The notes below the pieces were generated by a model that did not search any database, was not told where the DNA came from, and saw nothing but the letters and a program-made list of their open reading frames with translations. A program made the translations under genes and the position numbers. From Eledone cirrhosa (Eukaryota): 64,000 bases of DNA. Location of the stretch: assembly GCA_964016885.1 (NCBI GenBank), contig OZ024758.1, forward strand, positions 13,454,001 to 13,518,000, in the 5' to 3' direction. Of the stretch, positions 56,505 to 64,000 are shown piece by piece. Positions within the stretch are counted from its first letter, which is position 1, and every line of letters starts with the position of its first letter.

Positions 56505-56675
56505 GGCCGGTGGATTGAAAGTATCGGTAGAGAGTCGGACACTATGCTTTGAGGCATTCTGAGTTCAAATCGCGCTGAGGTTAACTTTGCCTTTCATCCT
56601 TACGGGGTCGATAAAATAAAGTACCAGTAATGTACTGGGTAATTGCTGGCCTTGTGCCAAAAGTAGAAACAATTA
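56505..56675 (+). mobile_element. SINE family 2
   Basis: Same motifs as the 14125 cluster. Confidence 0.8.
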
Positions 56676-56722
56676 TAAAATATATATATATAGCATGGAA
56701 AGTGGACGTTAAACGATGATAA

Positions 56723-56756
<34 letters not shown>

Positions 56757-57016
56757 TTAACCCAACACAATCTTAATGAGGCTTAATTATGTTTCCATAC
56801 ACATAATAGATTAATTAGTAAGGTACATAACTCTGTGTGTCATTGCTTACAGGACACTGCCACTATTTCAAGAGGAGTGCTTAGTGATAAGAAAAGGCAT
56901 TCAACCGTAAAGATTTCTCAGTTGTCTTAAAACTGTGTGCAAACTTCCGAATTTACAATCAAATATTTCACTCATACTAGTATGGACAAAGGTGAGTAGA
57001 ACTGTAGAGAAATATA

Positions 57017-57256
57017 TCATCATCATCATCATCATCCCCACCATTACCATTTTATGTCCATTTTTCCACGCTAGCATGGGTTAGACGGGTTGTCCTGTTG
57101 TGGGCAATGCCAGGTCAGGGGATCACGTCTTGCTCAGCCAGAATCAGTTCTGTATGAGCAAGACATGGTCACCTGATCTGGAATTGCCCACAACAGGACA
57201 ACTCGCCTAACCCAAGCTAGCATGGAAAAAATGGACATAAAATGGTGATGATGATG
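57017..57256. repeat. Inverted pair of RTE 3' ends
   Basis: Arms about 57045-57136 and 57155-57250 are imperfect reverse complements, with (CAT)n/(GAT)n tails pointing outward. Confidence 0.85.
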
Positions 57257-57345
57257 AGAAGAAAAACAACAAACAAACAAAGATGTCCATAAAAGGTATT
57301 TCGAAATGACTAGTTAAAGTAAAAGCTAGTTAACAACTCTATTTT

Positions 57346-57576
57346 CTAAGGATCTGTTGGCATTGGTACACCGATTCCAATACTTCGCTGAAGTAACCGA
57401 TAGAGTTCCCAATAGATTTTTCCTTTGTAGTACTTTACAAGTGAGTTATTATTGTAAGTTACAGGGTAGGCACATCGTCTGAGGATATTGTTAAGTTGAA
57501 CTTTCATTCTCATTGGTGGTTTCTTTAGAAGTCCAATGAAAAAATATTTGCCCATGAATACTTGTTCACAAACAAC
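57346..57576 (-). CDS. DIPK1: DIPK1/FAM69 last coding exon
   Basis: Acceptor tttttggccag; VVCEQVF..GLLKKPP..L..C continues NTNLQ in phase 0; ends at TAG. Confidence 0.85.
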   Translation of the reverse strand, partial: VVCEQVFMGKYFFIGLLKKPPMRMKVQLNNILRRCAYPVTYNNNSLVKYYKGKIYWELYRLLQRSIGIGVPMPTDP

Positions 57577-57662
57577 CTGGCCAAAAAAACAAAGAAAAAA
57601 TAATTAATAAATATGTATATATGCAAGCAGGGAAAAGCAGAAGTAAAATGTTGATGATGATG

Positions 57663-57694
<32 letters not shown>

Positions 57695-57747
57695 ATATAT
57701 ATATATAATGTTGATGATGATGATATATATATATATATGTGTGTGTG

Positions 57748-57821
<74 letters not shown>

Positions 57822-57822
<1 letters not shown>

Positions 57823-58158
57823 AGGCACATGGCTTAGTGGTTAGAGCATTGGCCTTGCAATCGAAAGGTTGTGAGTTCAATTCTCAGACCGAGTGATGTG
57901 TTGTTTCCTTGAGCAAGACACTTTATTTCACATTGCTCCAGTTTACTCAGCTGTAGAAATGAGATGATAGGGACTGGGGTCCCTATCATTCCACTGCAAA
58001 GTGGTCGTGGAGGTGCCACGGCAAAAAAGCACCCAGCGCTCACTGTAAATGAGGTTGGTGTTAGGAAGGGCATCCAGCTGTAGAAATCAAGCCAGAATCA
58101 GTTCCCGTCCCACCCTTGCAAGCAGGGAAAAGTGGACGTTAAATGATGATGATGATGA
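57822..58158 (+). mobile_element. SINE family 1 head followed by an RTE 3' UTR fragment
   Basis: tggcttagtggtt..gagttcaattc head, then gttggtgttaggaagggcatcc..(gat)n. Confidence 0.75.
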
Positions 58159-58185
58159 TATATATGTATATATATATATATATAT

Positions 58186-58433
58186 GTAGGAGGTGAGTTT
58201 TATTGTAGTACAATAAAGCAATGCAGATATCGGATAAGAAGCACTCTACAGTTTGTGGGACTGGAGTATGCATAATATAAGATCAAAAGATAGTTAAAGG
58301 AGTTCCATATATTTTATTATGCGCATTTCAAAAACAAACATCATCAAGCAATAATATTTGTGTTTTCATCAGATAAAACAGGAGAACATGATATGAAGGC
58401 TAAAAAACACTTGTTGATAGTGCAGTTTTAAAT

Positions 58434-58440
<7 letters not shown>
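58186..58440 (-). mobile_element. Hammerhead element family A, linear copy in (TA)n (hammerhead at 58312-58378, minus)
   Basis: Near-identical to 3496-3710; core intact; lies in a DIPK1 intron in the sense orientation. Confidence 0.85.
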
Positions 58441-58493
<53 letters not shown>

Positions 58494-58504
58494 ATATATA
58501 TATG

Positions 58505-58535
<31 letters not shown>

Positions 58536-58562
58536 GTATATATATATGTGTATATATATATG

Positions 58563-58617
<55 letters not shown>

Positions 58618-58660
58618 GTATATATATATGTATATATATATATATATGTATATATATATG

Positions 58661-58711
<51 letters not shown>

Positions 58712-58734
58712 GTATATATATATATGTATGTATG

Positions 58735-58796
<62 letters not shown>

Positions 58797-59240
58797 GTTT
58801 TTCTCATTTAATTTTAATATGTATATAGTAATAATAATAAATTTGAACACTAAAATCGAAAGAGTGCTCGATAAGGATAAATATATATCAAATATATAAG
58901 AACCCTAGAGCAAATATTTATTAATCTGTTATTTTAATAAATATATATATATATGATGTGTTGTTTCCTTGAGCAAGACATTTTATTTCATGTTGCTCCA
59001 GTGAAGGCTTAGTGGTTAGAGCATTGGGCTTGCAATCGAAAGGTTGTGAGTTCAATTCTCGGACCGGGTGATGTGTTGTTTCCTTGAGCAAGACACTTTA
59101 TTTCACATTGCTCCAGTTTACTCCAGTTTACATTTTTTTAATCTAACTTCGCTTATATATAGATCTCACTATTATGGTTTCATATTCGATATGTGAGACT
59201 AATTAATCTTTAATTAATATATATATATATATATATATAT

Positions 59241-59957
59241 CCGAACAGCAATGTTACATGGTAGTGAGACCTGGGTGCTGAAGGTGGAAGACTTACGTAG
59301 ATTAGAGAGAAACGAAGCCTGCATGCTCCGATGGATGTGTAATAGTAATATACGCGAACGACAAAGCATAAATGAATTGAGAGAGAGACTGAGCATAAGA
59401 GGAATCAAATGCTGTGTGCAGGAGAGGCGGTTGCGTTGGTATGGACATGTGATGCGTATGAAGGATGACAGCTGCATAAAAAGGTGCAGAGCACTAGAAG
59501 TCGATGGACACCGCGGAGTGGGGAGACCTAAGATGACCTGGGATGAGGTGATAAAAGCCGACCTTACCCAATTACACCTCTCAAAGGCGATGACACACGA
59601 CCGTGACCTCTGGCGTCACGCAGTAATACAGAGTACCCGACCTCCCATGGGTACAAGCTGAAGCATATAGACAATATGCCCCCACACCCTCCCACTGCAA
59701 GGTGATCGTAGAGGTGCCACGGCAAAAAAGCACCCAGCCCACACTGTAAAGTGGACGTGTAGGCGCCACGAAAAAGCACCCAGCACTCACTGTAAATAAA
59801 GGTTGGTGTTAGGTAGGGGATCCAGCTGTAGAAATCAAGCCAGAATCAGTTCCTATATGAGCAAGGCATGGTCAGCCAACCAGACACTGCCCACAACAGG
59901 ACAACCCGTCTAACCCATGCTAGCATGGAAGAACGGACGTAAAACGGTGATGATGAT
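59241..59957 (+). mobile_element. RTE LINE 3' fragment
   Basis: MLHGSETW..RLRWYGHVMRM..DRDLWR ORF end, 3' UTR and (GAT)n tail. Confidence 0.92.
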
Positions 59958-60129
59958 ATATCTTTATATATATATATATATAGTGCTGGTGGCACAAATA
60001 ATGCACCCAGTCCACTCTGTAAAGTGGTTGGTGATAGGAAGAGCATCCAATCAGAAAAAAAAAAACCCTACCAAAATTATGGAAATTATGTTAATTAAGT
60101 TACAATAATTGATTAATTAATTTAATTAC

Positions 60130-60978
60130 CTGTAGATTTGTGTTGATACGTTCATTTGCACATTTGTTTACCTTTATTCTACACCATCCTTTACAATCAA
60201 AAAATGAACAATCTTCATCTTTGTTGCAGGATCTGTTATGAAACATCTGTCTGACTGTAGTATCCCTTAAGATGCAGTCCGTATCGATTAGTTTCACTTG
60301 GTTGTTAGCGTCACTTATTCCAAAGTTCTCTGGTTTCACATCACACAAATGAAGCGGCTCGTGATAGTCCGAGTCCAGAGCACGAACGACATCAAGGATG
60401 GCAAGAGCAAGCTTTACACGGCCCGGCCATCCACCTTCAACTACAGAAGAGTAGAAAATCTTGGGAGGTGGAGCACTCTCCACTGCATACATATAGCCAC
60501 AGGTTCCATGGAGGTGAGGAATGTACGGTAGATGTTGACTCATTCGCAACATCAAGTACTCTTCTTGTTGTATCAAAGACCACACACTATCCATTAAGAT
60601 ATGGGGGGCCTCGTCGTATCCTTTCATTGTCTGCATAAATGCTTGCGGGTTCATTGACCACACCTGTTCAATTACATCTATCCCTTTTGTTAAGTTTATT
60701 CCAAGGTTCATGGAAACCGAATCCTGAATTAATCTACGAAATAATCCCAATTCTGGATATTCCACTTGACCATCTAATTTGAATGATATTGTGTTGAAAT
60801 TCTTAAATTTGTGTTGGGAAGACTTCAGAATCAGTGGATGCTCATGTCTCTCTGACCTGGCTATTATCACCACTTTACCTTCACGGTAGTTCGTGCAATG
60901 ATCATATTCTATTGCTTTCGTCTCACATATGGAAGAACAGAGGTTGCCACCAATTATTCTCTGTTGGTATAAATCACA
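60130..60978 (-). CDS. DIPK1: DIPK1/FAM69 middle exon (divergent kinase domain)
   Basis: CDLYQQRIIGGNLCSSIC, WSLIQQEEYL, GTCGYMYAVE, HLCDVKPENFG, KLIDTD, CNKDEDCSFFDC. Bounded by ttttcag and CAG|GTAATT. Confidence 0.92.
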
Positions 60979-61199
60979 CTGAAATAAATAAGAAAGAAAA
61001 ATTATGTAGAGAATGGATAGTTTAAACGAGAAACCAGGCTATAAAGATATATATGTAAAAGTAATAACAAAAATAATAAAACAAACAGCACAGTACATGG
61101 AAGAAATATATTAGTTTAACGCTTGAAATAGCAGGAAGAGGGTCTTAACTTTTCATGAAGAAGACTACACAAAACAATCGTTTGGTAAATTTATACCTT

Positions 61200-61760
61200 C
61201 GACCATTCCGTTGTGCTTGCAGTCTCGCCTAAGGGAGATTGATTAGAAGAAAGTTCAGATACCAAGATACCATAGCAAGGAACGCTAGAATTGATGAGGA
61301 AGATCTACAAACCTTGATGGGGAACAGAGGATGTTGGTGTGAAGCTGTGTCTCACCCACCGGACACTGGAATTGACGAGGAAGACCTACAGACCTTGATG
61401 GGAAACAGAGACTGTTGGTGTGAAGCTGTGTCTCACCCACGGGACACTGGAATTGACAAGGAAGATCTACAGACCTTGATGGGAAACAGAGACTGTTGGT
61501 GTGAAGCTGTGTCTCACCCACGGGACACTGGAATTGACAAGGAAGATCTACAGACCTTGATAGGAAACAGAGACTGTTGGTGTGAAGCTGTGTCTCACCC
61601 ACGGGACACTGGAATTGACAAGGAAGACCTACAGACCTTGATGGGAAACAGAGACTGTTGGTGTGAAGCTGTGTCTCACCCACGGGACACTGGAATTGAC
61701 AAGGAAGATCTACAGACCTTGATGGGAAACAGAGACTGTTGGTTTGCTGTCTCACCTAAG
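61200..61760 (+). repeat. 81-bp minisatellite (about 6 copies) derived from a LINE ORF C-terminus
   Basis: The unit encodes GIDKEDLQTLMGNRDCWCEAVSHPRDT and is preceded by RRKFRYQDTIAR. Confidence 0.85.
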
Positions 61761-61800
61761 GGTGTTAAGGATAAGGATTATTAAACATTCCTTTACTTAC

Positions 61801-61953
61801 CAAGTCATGGAGAAATTCTTTACCAAGTTTGTCAGGACAGGTATTTTGCTTCCAAGCAGAATAGATTTTAACACCAAAATAACAGAAAAATGCAGATAAA
61901 ATGAAGGCCAAGAGAATTAAAGCACGTCCTTTCTTCAATTGTATTACAGCCAT
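61801..61953 (-). CDS. DIPK1: DIPK1/FAM69 first coding exon (type II membrane anchor)
   Basis: MAVIQLKKGRALILLAFILSAFFCYFGV..CPD..LHDL|GTAAGT, phase 0. Confidence 0.85.
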
Positions 61954-62065
61954 CTTGTTTTTCTTCTGAATGAGAAATAAACCAAAAATAATAATAAACC
62001 AACAGATACATTTAATTATTTCTATTTCACACACACACACAGATTGTATATATTTATATATATAT

Positions 62066-62333
62066 CATCATCATCATTTTACATCCGCTTTTCCCTGCTT
62101 GCAAGGGTGGGTCAAGTCCTATTCAGCACAGCATCTCTCCATTCGTCACGGTCCTCCACCATCTCCTCTGTGAGCTTTAGTGATCTGAGGCCAGCTATCA
62201 CCACCTCCGCATATGATTTTCGTGGTCTTCCTCTGCTGCGTCCCCCTTCTACTGGGATTTCTTGGCACTTCTTTACCCAGTAGTCATCCTCCATGCGCAT
62301 CACATGTCCAAACCAACGCAGTCTTCTCTCCCG
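62066..62333 (-). mobile_element. RTE LINE 3' fragment (different subfamily)
   Basis: RERRLRWFGHVMRM..GRPRKSY..DRDEWRDAV plus tail; same 3' end as window positions 1-95. Confidence 0.85.
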
Positions 62334-62381
62334 CACACACACATACATATATACATATATATATACATATATATATATATA

Positions 62382-62736
62382 TATGATATTAAATAAATGG
62401 AAACTATATTTATAAAACCATATTTATTTCGTTATATATATTTCAGGGATATCATATTAACAATATGTTATGCCTTCTTCAGACAAAATACAATATAAAC
62501 AGTCTTATAAATAAATAGATACAACATACCTTTCAATCACCTTGCATTTGGTGATTGAAAGGTATGTCGTATGCAAGGTGATTGAAAGGTATGTCGTATC
62601 TATTTATTTATAAGACTGTTTATATTGTATTTTGTCTGAAGAAGGCATAACATATTGTTAATATGATATCCCTGAAATATATATAACGAAATAAATATGG
62701 TTTTATAAATATAGTTTCCATTTATTTAATATCATA
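62382..62736. mobile_element. Hammerhead element family C, fold-back copy
   Basis: Arms 62382-62547 and 62571-62736 are near-perfect reverse complements. Shares its downstream sequence with 47425-47560. Confidence 0.85.
62628..62693 (+). ncRNA. Type I hammerhead ribozyme (family C variant; mirror copy at 62425-62490, minus)
   Basis: tattttgt-CTGAAGA-agg..cct-GAAA-tatata-TA-acgaaata. Confidence 0.78.
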
Positions 62737-62934
62737 AATATACTCCAAATACTTGTTGAGTGCTTTTATATCAGTTATAAATATTTACTCGTTGTTAACC
62801 CAACAATTTAAATATAACTTTCCATATATATATATATATATATATATGAAAGGAAAAGAAATCGAAAATGCAACTGGAGTCTTTTTAAGAATATTTATTT
62901 ATTTCCTTTACCAGTTTCACAGTTCTTATGCTTT

Positions 62935-63290
62935 TCATCATCATCATCATCACCGTTTTACGTCCGGTCTTCCACGCTAGCATGGGTTAGACGGGTTGTC
63001 CTGTTGTGGGCAGTGCCCAGTCGGCTGACCTTGTCTTGCTCATACGGCTTGATTTCTACAGCTGGATGCCATTCCTAACACCAACCTCATTTACAGTGAA
63101 TGCTAGGTGCTTTTTTTCTGTGGCGCCTACACGCCATATATATATAAAATTACAAAGTGAAGTTATAGATCCACAATCATCCCCCATGAGCTCAAGGAAC
63201 AGATTCCGGGCTCTCTATATGTTAAAGATCCACAGTTTTAAATCCCCTATGATTGAACACATATCTCTGTGTAATTCTCTCTATATGCTG

Positions 63291-63350
<60 letters not shown>

Positions 63351-63555
63351 AGAGAGAGAGAGAGAGAGAGAGCCAGAGTGTAAATGTGGTTGGTGTTTTG
63401 GAAGGGCATCCAACTGTAAAATCCCTGGCCAAATTTACAATGTCATCGGAGCAAGGTACGGTGTGGCCAATTCTGGCCAGATTTGTCTTCCGACGTGGAC
63501 GACCTGTCTAACCCATGCAAGCATGGAAAATGGACGCTAAACAGTGATGATGATA
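62935..63555. mobile_element. RTE 3' UTR fragments (minus 62935-63135; plus 63375-63555)
   Basis: acccatgc(t/a)agc(g/a)tggaa..ggacg..(gat)n ends. Confidence 0.7.
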
Positions 63556-64000
63556 GAGAGAGAGGGAGGTAAAACCCAACTATCATGGGTCCACAGAGAT
63601 AGATATATATGGCCATCTGATGAGGTTAATATAGGCAGGAAATTTCTCATTGGAAATTATTAATGGTTTCGATACTGAAGTAGTTGCCATCATGAAGAAT
63701 ATGTCCCACAGATATATATATAGAATGTTCTAAAAAAATGTATACACACTTTGATTACCTGTACAGGCAATATTTATTAGAATGCCATTGAAGTCTGTAT
63801 ATATTTTGGGGGAACACCCTGTGGTTTAGTCTTGCATATGTGAATGGAGTATATACTCAAATGAAAGCCTAAACTTACACAACAGAAACATGAAAACCCA
63901 TTTCAGTTTGTCAAATGGATGGGAATTGATTCTAAAAAAAAAAAAAATTGTGGACAGTTTGAATTTTAAAGTAAATTAGTAAAAACCGATGTACATATAT

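Noticed and set aside
61239-61784. 181-aa repeat protein
   Set aside because: LINE-derived minisatellite lying antisense in a DIPK1 intron.

Overview
AT-rich, repeat-dense animal genomic DNA. The (TA)n seas, RTE LINEs and tRNA-SINEs suggest a cephalopod such as an octopus (inference). Three protein genes can be supported: a late exon of a secernin (+, 4026-4543); a two-exon apoptosis-inducing factor AIFM1 (-, 45332-44035 joined to 35370-33987, 893 aa); and a three-exon DIPK1/FAM69 divergent kinase (-, 61953-57346, 410 aa). The rest is transposon debris: RTE, L1/Tx1, CR1-like and Vingi-like LINEs, two SINE families, piggyBac-type, mariner and Tc2-type MITEs, and mini/microsatellites. Two highlights: (1) At least four distinguishable families of short elements inserted in (TA)n carry type I hammerhead ribozyme folds. 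They have intact catalytic cores, compensatory stem changes, and are often duplicated as fold-back hairpins, resembling Penelope-like element ends or retrozymes. (2) The AIF has a Deltameth_res/COX7B-like segment as its membrane anchor, joined to the oxidoreductase by a ~240-aa Pro/Ala/Glu spacer, a possible complex IV-AIF fusion. Most ORFs in the supplied track are microsatellite artefacts. All family assignments come from motif recognition by eye, not database searches.
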